A DNA stretch of 64,000 nucleotides, taken from NCBI RefSeq assembly GCF_036321535.1, contig NC_087436.1, forward strand, positions 59,088,001-59,152,000, in the 5' to 3' direction. Both the position numbers and the translations under genes were made by a program. Position 1 is the stretch's first letter. Each line of letters opens with the position of its first letter. The stretch comes from Camelus dromedarius (Eukaryota). The notes beneath the pieces were generated by a model. The model was not told where the DNA came from and ran no database searches. It saw nothing but the letters and a program-made list of their open reading frames with translations. Of the stretch, positions 1 through 13,639 are shown piece after piece.

Positions 1-370
1 TCTTGTTTATCTATTCTACAATGTTGAAATCCCGTCTATCCCTTCCCACCCTCTGCCCCTTGGCAACCACAAGTTTGTATTCTATGTCTGAGTCTATTTC
101 TGTTTTGTATTTATGCTTTGTTTTTTTGTTTTTGTTTTTGTTTTTTAGATTCCACATATGAGCAATCTCATATAGTATTTTTCTTTCTCTTTCTGGCTTA
201 CTTCACTTAGAATGACATTCTCCAGGAGCATCCATGTTGCTGCAAATGGCGTTATGTTGTCGGTTTTTATGGCTGAGTAGTATTCCATTGTATAAATATA
301 CCACATCTTTATCCAGTCATCTGTTGATGGACATTTAGGCTGTTTCAATGTCTTGGCTATTTGAAATAGT
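1..370 (-). mobile_element. 5'-truncated young LINE-1 3' fragment (ORF2 C-terminus and 3' UTR), running off the left edge
   Basis: ORF 145..348 (KQPKCPSTDDWIKMWYIYTMEYYSAIK...FAATWMLLENVILSEVSQKEK) is the L1 ORF2 C-terminus. It ends abruptly at ~370 against a different part of an older L1. Confidence 0.9.
117..146. repeat. (TTTTTG)n simple repeat
   Basis: Seen directly. Confidence 0.9.
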
Positions 371-3300
371 TTACATTTTCTATTTCTTCCTGGCTCAGTC
401 TTGGCAAATTGTACCTTTCTAAGAAATTGTCCATTTCTTCAAGTTTGTCCATTTTGTTGGCATATGTTTGCTCATAGTAGTCTGTATCTTTGTATCTGTG
501 GTGTCAGTTCTCACTTCTCTGTTTTCACTTCTGATTTTAATTTGAGCCCTCTCCCTTTTTTCTTGATGAGTCTGACTAAAGGTTTTAATTTTTTCAAAGA
601 AACAGCTTTTGGTTTCATTGATCTTTTCTTTTTATTCTCTGTTTCACTTCTTTTCTGCTCTAATCTTTATGATTTCTTTCCTTCTACTAACTTCAGGTGT
701 TGTTTGTTCTTCTTTCTCTAATTGCTTTAGGTATAAGGCTGGGTTTTTTATTTGAGATTGTTCTTATTTCCTGAGGTAAGCTCATATTGCTATAAAGTTC
801 CCTCTTAGGACTGCTTTTGTTGCATCCCAGATCATTGTGTTTTCATTTTTATCTGTCTCTAAGTATTTTGTTTTCTCTTTGGTTTCTTCAGTGATCCACT
901 GGTTGTTTAGTAGCATATTGTTTAGCCTCCGTGTGTTTGTGGTTTTTGCAGTCTTTCTCTTGCAGTTGATTTCTAGTCTCATAGTGTTGTGGTTGGAAAA
1001 GATGGTTGATATGATTTCAGTTTTCTTAAATTTACTGAGGTTTGCTTGTGGGCCAACATGTGATCTATCCTGGAGACTGTTCCATGTGCACTTGAGAAGA
1101 ATGTGTATTCTGCTGCTTTTGGATGGAATGCTCTATAAATACCAAGTCCATGTAGTCTAATGTGTCATTTAACACCTATATTATTGATTTTCTGTCTAGA
1201 TGATCTGTCCATTGATGCATGTGGGGTGTTAAGGTCTCTCACTGTTATTGTGTTACTGGTAATTTCTCCTTTTATGTATGTTAACAGTTGCCTTTTATTC
1301 AAGTGTTCCCATTGTTATATCTTCTTGGACTGATCCTTAGATTATTATACAGTGTCCTTTGCCTCTTGTAACAGTCTTAAATCTATTTTGTCTGATATAT
1401 GTATTACTACTCCAGCTTTCTTTTGGTTTCCATTTGCATGGAATACCTTTTTGCATCCCTTCACTTTTAGCTTGTATGTGCCTCTAGCTCTGAAGTGGGT
1501 CTCTTATAGAAAGCATATGTGCAGGTCTTGCTTTTGTAGCAAGGTCTTGTATGGTTCTTGTAGACAGCATATATATGGGTCCATTCAGCCAGTCTGTGTC
1601 TTTTGGGTGGAGTGTTTAATCTGTATACATTTAAGGTAATTACTGATATGTACATTCTTATTGTCATTTTGTTAATTGTTTTGGATTTGTTTTTTGTAGA
1701 TCTTTTTTTCTCCTTTTTTCTTTTGTTCTCTTGTGATTTGATGACTACCTCTGGCATTATGTCTGGATTCCTTTTTCTTTTTTGTGTGTATATCTGTTAT
1801 AGATTTTTGGTTTGTGGTTCCCATGAGGTTTTGGTATAGAATTATATTTATAATATGATTGCTTTAACTTGCTAATTTCTTAATTTGAAACACATTTTAG
1901 ATACCCTGCATTCATACTCTCCTCCCCTCATGATTACTGGTTTTGATATCATATTTTACATCTAATTGTTTTGTATATCCTTTCATTGCTTACTGTGGAT
2001 ACAGATGATTTTACTGCTTTTGACTTTTAACTTCCCTGTTAGTCTGTGTGTGGATGGTTTCCTGCTTTTACTGTCTGTCTGTCTTTACTGGTGAACTCTC
2101 TCATCGAGTAATTCTCTTGTTTCTAGTAATGGTCTTCTCTTTTCTACCTAGAGAAGTTCCTTTGGCATTTGTTGTGAAGCTGGTTTGGTGCTGAATTCTT
2201 TTAGCTTTTGCTTATCTGAAAAGCTTTTGATTTTTTCATCAGATTTTTCATCAAATCTGAATGAGAGCCTTTCTGGGTAGAATATTCTTGTAGGTTGTAG
2301 GTTTTTCCCTTTCATCACTTTAAGTATATTATGACACTCCTTTCTGGCCTGTAGAGTTTCTGCTGAAAAATCAGCTGATAACCTTATGGGAGTTCCCTTG
2401 TATATTATTTGTTGCTTTTCTCTTGTGGCTTTCAATATTTTCTCTTTATCTTTTAATTCTTATCAGTTTGATTGCTGTGTGCCTCAGTGTGCTCCTCTTT
2501 GAGTTAATCTGGTATGGGACTCTCTTCACTTCCTTGACTTGGCTATTTCCTTTCCCAAGTTAGGGAAGTTTTCAACTATTTTCTCTTCAAACATTTTCTC
2601 AGGTCCTTTCTCTCTTCTCTTTCTGGGACCCCTATAATGTGAATATTAGTGTGCTTCATGTTGTCCCAGAGGTCTCTTAAACTATCCTCATTTCTTTTTG
2701 TTCTTCTTTGTCTTTTCTGTTCTGCAGTAGTGATTTCCACTACTCTGTCTTCTAGGTCACTGATCTGTTCTTCTGCCTCATTTAGTCTATTCTTGTTTCC
2801 CTCTAGTGTGTTATTTTTTTCAGTAATTGTGTTCATCTCTGGTTTTTCTTTATATTTTCTAACTCTGGTAAAAATTTCTAACCTCTCACTCTGTTCATCT
2901 ATTCTCCTTCTAATTTCTCTAATCATCTTCACAATCATTACTCTGAACTCTTTTCTTGTGTAGTTCTTTTTGTGGGATTTTATCTTGTTCCTTTGCCTGG
3001 GACATACTCCTCTGCTGCCTCATTACAAATAAATTTGTTTGTATTTTTATGTATGTGATAGTTGAGTTATGTTTCTTGACCTTGGAGAACTGGCCCTCTG
3101 TAGGTGATATCCTATGCTTCACAGCCATGCACTCCCCTCTCATCACCCAAGGACTGGGGGCCAGATGATCCCAGGGTAGAGTCTGGACTGCATCTGTGGA
3201 CTCATTCCATAGGTTGTAGGGTTATTGTTTTCTTGCTTCTGGTGGGTGAAGCTGGACTAGTGGCTTATGCAGGTTTCCTGGTGGGAAGAGTCAGTGCCTG

Positions 3301-4105
3301 CCCACTGTGGATGGAGCTGGATCCTGGCTCTCTGGTGGGCAGGGTCATGTCTAAGGGCATGTCTAGAGGCAGCTGTGGGGTCAGGAAGCCCTTAGGTGGG
3401 GCTGTGTTCCACATAGTTGTTTGGCTTAGGCATCCCACGTCTTAATCCTGCAGTCTATTGACTGGGTCCAGGTCTTGATGCTAATGACCCAAGCAAGATG
3501 TCAGCCTCCAGGAAAGTTAATGAGACTGAATACTCCCTGAACATCCACCACCAGTTTTTATGTCCCCCATGTAAGTCACAGCTGCTCCCCACCACCCCAG
3601 GAGATCCTCCAAGCCCAGTAGGCAGGTCTGGCCCGGGCACCTATGAAATTTCACTACTTCTGCCCTTGGTTCTGGTGCATGTGAGACTCTGTGTGTGCTC
3701 TTTAAGAATAAAGTCTCTGCTTCCCCTAGTCCTGTGGTGCTCCTGTGGTTAAGCCCCCCTGGCCTTCAAAGCCAAATGCTCTGGGGGCCCCTTCTCCTAA
3801 TGCTGGACCCCCAGGCTGGGGAGCCTGCCATGGGGCTCAGAATTCTCAGTCCTGTGGGTACACCTCTGCAATGTAATTATTCTCCAACTTATGGGTTGCT
3901 CACCTATGGGGTATGGGGCCTGATTGTATTGCATGCGCGTACTTCCTACCATCTCTCTGGTTCTCTTTATGTTTCCAGTTAGAAAAGATCTTTTTTGGTA
4001 GGTTTCAGTCTTTTTTGTTAATGGCTGTTCAGCAGTCAGTTGTGATTTTGTTGTGTTTGTGAGAGGAGGGGAGCTTATAACCATGCTACTCCACCATTTT
4101 GACTG
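371..4105 (-). mobile_element. Degenerate LINE-1: 5' UTR (~3030-4105), ORF1 (~2148-3023), N-terminal ORF2 endonuclease region (ATG ~1667)
   Basis: ORF1 fragments MRQQRSMSQAKEQDK, LEGNKNRLNEAEEQISDLEDR and KGTPIRLSADFSAETLQARKE; ORF2 start MTIRMYISVITLNVYRLNTPPKRHRLAEW; RLNNMLLNNQWITEE. Many stops and frameshifts. Confidence 0.93.
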
Positions 4106-4109
4106 GAAC

Positions 4110-4580
4110 AACCAGCACTGAGTGAATTTTAAGGTATGCATATTTTAAGAAGTAAATATCCTTGATATGGTGTGATGAGAATGATACTTAACTCTTTGGT
4201 CCTCCTCACAAAAACTGATAACCTCAATCTAATCATGAGAAACGGTCTTGGACAAATCCCAATTGAGAGGCATTCTGAAAAATACCTGACCAATACTCCT
4301 CAAAACACTCAAAGTCATCAAAAATAAAGAGTCTGAGAAACTGTTGCAACCTAAAGAGACATAAATGTCTAAATATAATTTGGGATCCTGGATGGGATCC
4401 TGGAACAAAAAAAAAATTGGAAAAAACTGATAAAAGTATGAATTTTTAAAACATATTAGTGCATCAGTATTGCTCCATTAATCATGATAACTGTACCATA
4501 CTAATGTAACAAATTAATAATAGTTTGTTAGGTACATGGGAATATAAAATATTTGAAAATTAAAAGCTTATTAAAAAAAC
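4110..4580 (+). mobile_element. Old L1 3' UTR fragment (L1MC/MD/ME-like)
   Basis: Resembles old L1 3' ends (aatctaatcatgagaaa...cccaattgagaggcattct...gatcctggatgggatcctggaac) and ends in an A-rich tract. Confidence 0.7.
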
Positions 4581-5769
4581 TTCTGCATGTTAACACAAAT
4601 TCTAGAGATTTGTATACTACTACATGAGACACACTTCTATCTTACTCTGTTATCAAGCCCTTGAAAAAATGTTCTGTTTTTCTTTGCCTTTCTATCTTTA
4701 GGGCTTTGAGTATCTCTGTTTAATTGTTACTCTGAGGAGTTATCTTTTATATATGAACTAATCAATTTTATGGGCACACATGAGTACTTAAATATCATCT
4801 TTGTTTTACTGCATATAGATTTTTCTTACTCACACAAGATATCTCTACCATGATAAAGATTTTATAATTTCAAAACTAAGACAAAAAATTAAAATGTAAA
4901 TTTTATTCTGTGTATTCCACTTAATCATCCTATCCCTTTTAAACTGAGCAAGACATGCATTGAAAACTGAGCAACATATGCCTTAAATATACCCAACCCA
5001 TGTTTGATCAAGTTATTTTTATTTTCATTATTCTATTTACTGAACTTCACCATTTCAATGGGAGATTGACATCCAAAAAAGAAAATTAAAAAGGAAACTT
5101 AATACATGGTTTCTAAGATCAAATACAATGCAATGGTATAAAATGCTTGATAGTTGTCTTATATGTAGTTCACTGACTAAAAGTTTAAACACTGAGAATC
5201 ATTAAAAAATAATACAAATATAAATTCTTAAACATTTATGTTAACTTGGAAACATATGTTTAATAATTTATCAATCTTTATAAAGGCTCAAGCCCTTTTT
5301 TTGTAAATGGGTCCACTGAGTAGAGTTCTGTTTTGGTTTTTGTGGTTTGTCCATTTTGCTTTTGTAACCATACCCATAAAATATAAACTATGACTTCCAC
5401 TTTCTTTTCTTTAAAATGGTAGAGAAATGTCTAGAAACTTCCAAAGTAAATTGAATTTAGAATCTTTTCACAATTTTGTGAAGTTCCTCCTATCTTTTAC
5501 ATTGTCTTGTCCATACCTAATTTGTCTGCATTCTTTTAGTAAATAGCTTTTATCAAGCCTTTCCAAAGAATTCAATTTAGAATTCAAGAAAAAGTATTCT
5601 TTATTTGCATTCTTTCTTATTTGTTGACATAACATTTAGTTACACTGATTACTGTAAAACTGGCAAAAACTGATTTTTGGACAGCCACAGCTGATCTTTG
5701 ATAAGACGCAATTAACTGGTGAAAGCATTAAGTGACCTAGCAGACGGAAGAGTGGTCTGTAAATATAAG

Positions 5770-6430
5770 TGTTCAGCACATAGGTGGTATAAAATGAAAC
5801 TCTCATATGTTGCTGGTGGGATAGTAAAGTGGTGTAGCTGCTTTACGAAATAATATGGTAGTTCTTTAAAGCTAAACATTGTTACCATATTACCAAACAA
5901 TTTCTCTCCTAAGTGTATACCCAGGAGAAAGAAATGAAAGCATATGTTCATACAAAAACTTGTACATAAATGCTCATAGTATTATTCATAAAAGTGAAAA
6001 ATTGAAAAGAACTCAACTGACACATGGCTAAACAAATATAGTATAGCCATACAATGGAATATTATTCACCCCCAAAAAGTAATTAAACACTAACACATCC
6101 TTTATCATGGATAAAACTTGAAATTGCTATGCTAAGACAAAGAAGCCAGACGCAAAGACCTATGTATTGTAAGATTCCATTTATATTAAAGGTACAAAAT
6201 ATGCAAATCTGTAGAGTCAGAAAGTAGATTATTAGTTGCTAAGAGCTGTAGGAGTGAGGAATGGAGAGTGACTGCAAGTTGGTACAGAGTTTCTTTACTG
6301 GATAAAAATATTCTGGAATTCAACAGTTACAATAATTACACAATTTTGTAAATATGCTAAAAACTACTGAGTTATACAATTTGAAAATCGGGAATTTCAT
6401 TTTTGAGATTTATATCTCAAAGATGTTATA
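5770..6430 (+). mobile_element. Old L1 3' end (L1MB/ME-like)
   Basis: gttgctggtgggatagtaaagtggtgtagc...catacaatggaatattattca...gattccatttatattaaa, typical of the L1 ORF2 end and 3' UTR. Confidence 0.8.
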
Positions 6431-7200
6431 AAATAATCAGTGTAATTCACCTTATTAGCAAAATGAAGGAGGAAAACCATATGTTCATCACAATGGTTGC
6501 ATAAAAAGCATTTTATAAAATTCAAGGCTCATTTATAATAAAAACTCTCAGCACACTAGAATAGAAGGGAACTTCCTTATCCTGATGAAGGTAATCTTCA
6601 AAAATGCTTTCAGCTGATAGAATAGCTAATGATGAAAGACTGAATGCTTTCCTACTTTAATCAGGGATAGAACAAATGGCCGTGCTCACCACTTGTATTC
6701 ACAACTGTCCTGAAAATCCTTCAATGTGTAATAAGGCAAGAAAAAAGAAAGAAGAGCATGCAGATTTGAAATTCTATTTTTACATCAACATGACTATCTC
6801 TGTAGAAAATACTAAGGAATCCACAAGAAAAGCTGCTTGAACTACTAGTGAATTTAGTAAGGTTGCTTTATATATGGTTAGTTTGTAAATTCAAGTACAT
6901 TTTTATAACTAGGCTTTAACAACTAGAAATTGAAATTTTAAAATACTATTTGCAGTAGTGCTAAAACATACAAAAAAACTAAGACATAAATTTAAGCACA
7001 GGCGTGCAAGTTTGGTTTACCAAAAACTATAAAACATTTCTGAGAGAAACTAAAGAGGGCCAAAATAAATGAGAGATGACATTTTCCTATACCAGAAGAC
7101 TCAATATATTAGCATATCAATCGTCTACTAATTAATTATTATAATGGAAATCCAGGCAGCAATCAGAAGTAATCAGCAGCATTTGTAAATTATATTATTG
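6431..7200 (+). mobile_element. Old L1 ORF2 reverse-transcriptase-region fragment
   Basis: aaaaagcattttataaaattcaa, aatgatgaaagactgaatgctttcc and aataaggcaagaaaaa match the L1 RT region. Confidence 0.8.
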
Positions 7201-7292
7201 ATCTTAAACATACAATATTAAACACATTATTTAAATTATATCTTTAATTTACAAATGTTAGCCATTATATATAAAAACAGATTTTAAAAAGT

Positions 7293-7450
7293 TTGTGCCG
7301 TATAGCACAGGGAACTATGTTCAGTATCTTGTAATAATGTTTAAAGAAAAAGAATATGAAAACAAATATATGTATGTATATGCATGACTGGGACATTGTG
7401 CTGTACACCAGAAACTGACACATTGTACCTGAGATACATCAATAAAAAAT
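7293..7450 (+). mobile_element. Short young L1 3'-terminal insertion
   Basis: tatagcacagggaactatgttcagtatcttgtaata...tgtgctgtacaccagaaactgacacattgt...aataaaaaa is an artiodactyl-type L1 3' terminus with a poly(A) signal. Confidence 0.8.
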
Positions 7451-7569
7451 TTATATCTTTATGCCATATAAGTTATGTAAATTAAAAACAAATGTATATT
7501 CACACAAAAGTTTTTTCAAGCATATATGCAAAATCAAAAAGATTGTGTCAGTTATATAGTAGGCTGGGT

Positions 7570-7805
7570 CAAGAGACATCAAACCCTACCCATGAGCCAA
7601 ATCTAAGCAGCCACTTTTTTTTAATGTTTTTTTGGAACACAGCTATGCTCATCCACTTATCTTTTGTTTGTCTCCTTTCACACTAGCAGGGCAGATTTGG
7701 GGGAGAGAGTGTAGTCACAACAAAGACTATATGGTCTGCAAAAGTAAACATATTAACGCACTTACTATCTGGCCTCTTATGGAACACAAATTGCCACTCC
7801 TTTGG
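7570..7805. mobile_element. MER58-like hAT-Charlie non-autonomous DNA transposon
   Basis: gccaaatct...ggaacacagctatgctcat...tatggtctgcaaaag...ttactatctggcctctta matches the recalled MER58 consensus. Confidence 0.7.
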
Positions 7806-7839
7806 CTAGACTATTGTGATATTTTGAAAGAACTGCAAA

Positions 7840-8260
7840 ATACAGTGGATCAAAACAAGACAGAGTGTTTTTGTTTTTGCGGATTTTTTTTTTCACTTTA
7901 CTGCATAGAGGCAGGTAGACAGTGCAAGGTCAAAAACATTTCTGTTGCAGCCACCAAAATTTCTGTTTCTTATGCTTTGCGGTCTTGTGTAGACTGATTG
8001 ACCTTCATCGTCATGATTGAAGCTGTCTGACCAGCACCACATACATATTTATCTCCATGGGTAGGTAGAAAGCCAGGAGACAAAGGATAAACACGCTTCT
8101 TTTAAGTAGAGGATGTTGCTGAAATTGCACACGTTACTTTTACTTTCATTACATTTCATAGGCAAGAACTTAGTCATATGGCCATATGTACCTGGAAAAA
8201 AAGATAATCACAGACCATGATGAGCCTTTAAAAGCATTGTTTTGTTAATTAGTTAGTAGG
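7840..8260. mobile_element. Old MaLR (MLT1-type) LTR remnant
   Basis: catttcataggcaagaacttagtcatatggcca and aaacaagacagagtgttt motifs typical of old MLT1 LTRs. Confidence 0.5.
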
Positions 8261-8899
8261 GGGAAAAGTGAGCAAATAGATATGAGGGAAAGTTACCTGT
8301 CACTACTACAAATATATTCAACACTTTTTTTTGTTACTCGTACAGCAAAAGGAAAGAGAAGTAGAAATCATAGTTGAAAAACAAAATAAAACAAAACAAA
8401 ACCCAAAAAACAAAAACAATAATGAGACCTGGGAAAACTTGAAGAATTCTCAGCCCAGTTATGTAATCAAGACTTGGGAATGTGTCGACACCTGAGTTGT
8501 ACCTGGTTATCAGGAGGTCACAAAGTCAGTGCCCAATCTCCAGAAGAGTTTAGTATGCTGAGATGAAGGTCAGGGAGCTAGGATGATATGAAAAATTCCT
8601 TCAGTGTGGCAAAGAGAGCCTTACTTTTAGGATATTTCCTCCCTCATGAGTAGTTGTATGCCTCTGTGGGGGAGTTTTGGAAAAACGGATAAGCTGGTAC
8701 CTCTATGTGTGAGCATGCTGTGTTGTCTCCTATTTAAGTAATTATCTTACTAAGTTTCCATTTCTTTTGCCATTAAAGAAACATTACTTCCTTAACTATA
8801 TCTGTTTTACTGCCAAGCATAGTACCATCCTGTTGTGACAACCAACCAAACACTAAATTAAAGAAAAAGCTCTTTCTTAGAAACAACTAACATAGTAAA

Positions 8900-9600
8900 T
8901 CAATCCTGAGATAGCCTGATTAAGGGAAAAAGTGAAAGCAAAATTATACAGTTCTAGAATTGACAAAGGATGTATAACTACGTATGTGGAAGAGATAAAA
9001 GGAATTATAAAAATATTATATTAGAAAAAGGTAATTTCCTGGAAAATACAATTAGATGGACAAAAGGAAAGAACAGGTAATTCACAGAAGATAAAATCAA
9101 AAGGCTATTAACATTATATGGTGCTTGCCCTGATTGCTATTCAGAGAAATGCAAATTACAGCAACAATTAGTGTATCTTTCAGATTAGAAAATACTTAAA
9201 AAAAAAACCCAAACTAATATTCTCCAATGCTAATAAAGATAAGAAGCACTTTTATTAATTGGTAGCAAGAGTAGAATAGTCATAAAGTTTTGAATGTGCA
9301 TACTTTTTGACTCTGAAATGCACTTTTGAGAAACTATCCAGTTGAAACAAAAACACTGCTTTATCAGGATATTTGAACAGAAATATTTATTTTTGTGATA
9401 TCATGTATAGAGACTAAAACTCGACATCATTGAATGTCTCAGGTCAGAAAAAATGATTAGATTATCGTCCAGGCATATCAGTTGATGTAAATGCAACTAT
9501 TAAAACTAAACAAGTCTGTATTTCTCTAGCACAGTAATTATGACCAATTTTTGTTGATGCAAACAAAAAACCTAACCCTTAAGTTAATAAAATTTTATAC
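8900..9600 (+). mobile_element. Very old L1 (L1ME-like) remnants
   Basis: aggtaattcacagaaga, attcagagaaatgcaaatta and gcatactttttgactc motifs of the L1 ORF2 3' region. Confidence 0.55.
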
Positions 9601-10588
9601 TTTTTCTATGTAAGTTAGCATGGGAATGGTATGAAATCATTGTTTCACTAATTCAACAAGCATATAATCCTTTTATAATTTGCAACACAAGGAAAATTTA
9701 ATGACTGGTAATCATAATGGGAAGAAGATAAATTGAAGATGGGTAGGCAGGGTTAAGGAGGGTAGGATGAAGTTTATAGATTTATTAGAACTGTACTTGC
9801 TGAAGTCACCTAAACCTCAACTCTAAATCCAATGGTCAATTTTTATACCTCATCTTACTTGACTTATAAGCAGCATTTAATGCAGATGTTCACTCTCTTT
9901 TAGGATAGACTTTACTCAGCTTCAGATGTCATATTTTCTTAATTTTTCTCTTACCTCTTTGATTGTTCCTTCTCCTTGGTAATTTCTTCTCTTGTCCTTA
10001 ATATTCTGATGTGGAATTTACCAGAAGTCATTCCATGCTCCTCCACTATTTTTATCTATATTCATCCACTTGTGGATCTCATTTAGTTTTGTATCTGTAT
10101 ATATCACCTAATGTAGGAATTCCTAAGTTTATACCTATAACCCTGAACTCTTTTGTGATCTTCTGATCCATCTATCCAGCTGCCTACTTGATACTAATAC
10201 TTAGATATTTAAGGGAACCTCAATTTCAAAAGCAAACTATAGCTTTACCTCTTCTACCTCCTTCCCTTAAATCTGCTTCTCTTGTGCCTCCCCACCTCCT
10301 GTCTCCTAAATTATAACCCTATTCTTCCAGTTTCTCAAATTTATGTCTTTGGAATCATATTTCACTTATCAGGAACTGCCAAGAAATGGTATTGGTTTCA
10401 TCATTGAAGTGAATTCAGAATTTGACCAGTTCATACACCTTCTATTTCAATTACCTTGGTAGAATCAGCATAATCTCATACCTTAAAAAAAAAAAAAAAA
10501 GAAAAACGTAATAACCTTCTTACCTGTCTTCATATATCTATCCTTGCTACCACTACAGTCTAGTGTTAATAGAGAAGTGAAAAGAATC

Positions 10589-10966
10589 TGCTTTGGACTA
10601 AATGTTTGTGCCCCTTCCCCCCCAATTCACATGGGGAAGCCCTAATCTCCAATTTTGTGGTATTGGAGGTGGGGCCTTTGGGGGATAATCAGGTTTAGAA
10701 AAGGTCCTAAGGGCAGAGTCCACATGTCAGAGTTAGTGTCCTTTTAAGAAGAGGAAGAGACACCAGAGCTTCCTCTTTCTGCCATGTGGGGATGCAATAA
10801 GAAGGTTGATATTTACACACCAGGAAGCAGGCTCTCATCAGACATCAAATCTGTTGACCCCTGAATTTTGGATTTTCTAGCCTCCAGAACTGCAAGTCAT
10901 AAATTTTGTTGTTTAAACCACCCAGTCTATGGTATTTTGTTTCAGCAGCCCTAACTGAATAGGACA
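10589..10966 (+). mobile_element. MaLR solo LTR (MLT1A/B-like)
   Basis: TG...CA termini, typical body (ttttctagcctccagaactg...aaaccacccagtctatggtattttgtt), 5-bp TSD GAATC (10584-10588)/TAATC (10967-10971). Confidence 0.9.
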
Positions 10967-10987
10967 TAATCTTTTTAAAATGTAAGT

Positions 10988-11270
10988 ATAGTCTGCCCTC
11001 CATATCCAATGTTGTGCATCCTCAAATTCAACCAACTGCAGATTGAAACTGTTTGAAAAAACATTCCAGGAAGTTCCAAATAGCAAAACTTGAATTTGCA
11101 CACCGGCAATTATTTACATAGCATTTACATTGTATTTACAACTGTTTACATAGCATTAAGTATTATGAGCAATCTAGAGGTGATATAAAGTATACTGGAG
11201 GATGTGTATAGGTTATATGCAAATACACCATTTTATATAAGGAACAAGAGCAACCACAGATTTTGTTATT
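10988..11270 (-). mobile_element. MER2B-like TcMar-Tigger DNA transposon
   Basis: catagcatttacattgta...aatctagaggtgatataaagtatactggaggatgtgtataggttatatgcaaatac is the reverse complement of the recalled MER2 consensus. Confidence 0.8.
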
Positions 11271-13639
11271 ATTTACAGGAGGAATTGTAAGTTCACGTCA
11301 CTCCTCTGCTAAAAACTACAATGGCTGGCCATTTCCTCACTGTAGATTCTGAAGTCCTTGAAATGTCCTCTAAATCTTTAGGTGACTGGGCTCACATTAC
11401 TGCTCTGCCTTCCTTTTCTCCTCCTCTTTCCCTAGCTCTCAGTGCTGCAGCCACATTGGTCTCTGAGAACTTCCTGAAAACCCCAGGCAAACTCCCATAT
11501 TCAGGACTGTACTCCCACTCTCCTCTGTGCCTAGAGCACTCTCGCCCCTAAGGGCTGTTTGGCCAACTCCCACACCTAATTCAAGTCTTCACTCAGTCTT
11601 ACCTTCTCAGTGAGGCCCACTTTTATTTACCACACTATTTAATACCGTGTTTGTTCCATCTACTCTGCCACCAGAACCCATAAATCCACTTGCCCTGCTC
11701 TACTTGTGCTTTTTTCTCCATAGAATTTATCATCCTCTAACATATATTATAATTTTATTATTGGACTTATTTTTTCACTATTTCTCATTAACTAGAATGT
11801 AAGTTCCCCAAGGGCAGAGATCTTTTTCTTTGATCTACTCCGAGCAACTGGAGCAGTGCCTGGCACTGAGTAGATACTCATTGAATGTTGGGTGGATGAA
11901 GACAGCAAGACAAATTTAAGAGGAAGGTCAAATTTACAATGGAAAGTGCTGACTATCCCCAAATATGTATAGATTCAAGCCGTTTATTAAATGTACGCCT
12001 TAGAAAAAGATAATATAAATTTAGAGAAAACGTAGTAACTGCTAGGCTTGTTCTGTAGGGAATTAGAAAAAATGGAAAACACATCTCAGGATAGGACTTG
12101 AGTGTTGTTTACAGCCAAGTTCAGAAAAAAAAAAAAACCAAAAACCTCTACAAAACTTTGCTTGGATCCAAAAATGTAAGTGTACCATGTGTTCGTACCG
12201 CACATTTATGTCTGCACTGCAAGACAACATAGCATTCTCTCTAGTTCTTTGGAAAAGCACAAAATTATAAAAGATAGGTTGGCATAACACACATTGATAA
12301 AATCAAATAAGTACTTGCCTTAAAGTGCATCTCGCTCCATGTTTTTGGTACGAAGAAGGAAAAGCAAATGGCATGCAGAATTTGTCTCTAGAATAGGATA
12401 ATAGAGCTTTAGTCATTTAAAAATTATTTTTATATTGGAATTTTTGCTGGTTTTCATATGAAGAGCAACCTTTGATTTCTTATACACATAGGATCATACA
12501 ATGACATGTGGCAGGTTGTTTTCTTAGCATTTAATGAACTATAAGTACAAGATAAACGCTTTGTTTACATTTGGCAAAACCTTACATTTGGTTGTTGATT
12601 CATTTGTCCTACTTTAAAACAAAAGTCAACTGTGACCTCAGGGACCCTAAATCTGCAAAAGATATATGAGATATATCAATTTCATCTGTCAGAACCAAAA
12701 TCAGAATTTAATACACTTAGTTTAACTGCATAATACTTTTTCTTCCTATTTAACACTTACTGATAAACCAGGGTGCGAATCATGTGGGAATCAGCTGCTG
12801 ATAAGCTGATGATGCACATGGGACACACGGGACCACAGAAGGGATGCAGCCTCGGGAATAACTTCCCCCCGTATAGAGTAGTTGTTAACCACTCTTAATA
12901 CCATTTAAGTATTCTGCTACCAGAAAATGGTCTCATTCATACCTCTTCAACGATTTTATTGCAGTACATATTCAGCAGAACCTCTTTGTGTATGTGTGTT
13001 TTCAGCATGTGGGGTTTGTGCTGTTTTTGAGTGACTCTGAATGTCTACACCATAAAGTTTTTCAAAATGAAAATTACTCTCGACTAGTTCTTGCTCCAGC
13101 AGTCGGAGTCCTCCTCGCTGTTCAGTGCCTGCATTTCAGTGCTGATTTGTTCTTCTTATTTAATATATGATCTGATTTCCTTCTCACAACAGCCTTTTCA
13201 GTTAGTTATTTACCTCTGTTTTAATTAGGAGGTTAAAAACCATGTCTGTTAGATGCCAGTTTAAGCATTTTCTGAATATTGGACACATGCTCCTCCAGAG
13301 TGTCAACAGCCTGTCATATCTCTTGTTCCGTGCATCTTACCATCTTCTCTACAAAGACAGTTCCATGTGGCTTTCACTCTCTTCAAACCTCCAAATGCAC
13401 TGAGCACATCAATTTGGAATCTGATTGACTAAGCCTGTGGGAGACACAGAGAGGCAGGGAGCCAAGATGACAAATACATTCCTGGATTAGATAATTAGGA
13501 TATTGTCTTCACTTTCCTTGAAGGACAAACTGTTACACACAGGTTGCTAGTCCGTGGGTTTGTTTTTTTCCCATGGATTAATCCAACTAGCCTTATGCCA
13601 TAAACTCAATGAAGAAGTAAGAATCATGGGTCTATTATA

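Larger units (their letters stand above)
9790..11900 (+). mobile_element. LINE-2 (L2a-like), interrupted by an LTR and a MER2B
   Basis: aatccaatggtcaat...catcttacttgacttataagcagcattt; L2 3' end agtgcctggcactgagtagatactcattgaatgttgggtggatgaa. Confidence 0.85.

Noticed and set aside
1495..1585. Short imperfect tandem duplication in L1 ORF2 (another at ~2229-2252)
   Set aside because: Common post-insertion slippage in a dead element; no functional implication.
3100..4141. Cluster of GC-richer ORFs, possible promoter or gene
   Set aside because: L1 5' UTR, CpG-depleted; the same applies to 20630-21700 and 46400-46975.
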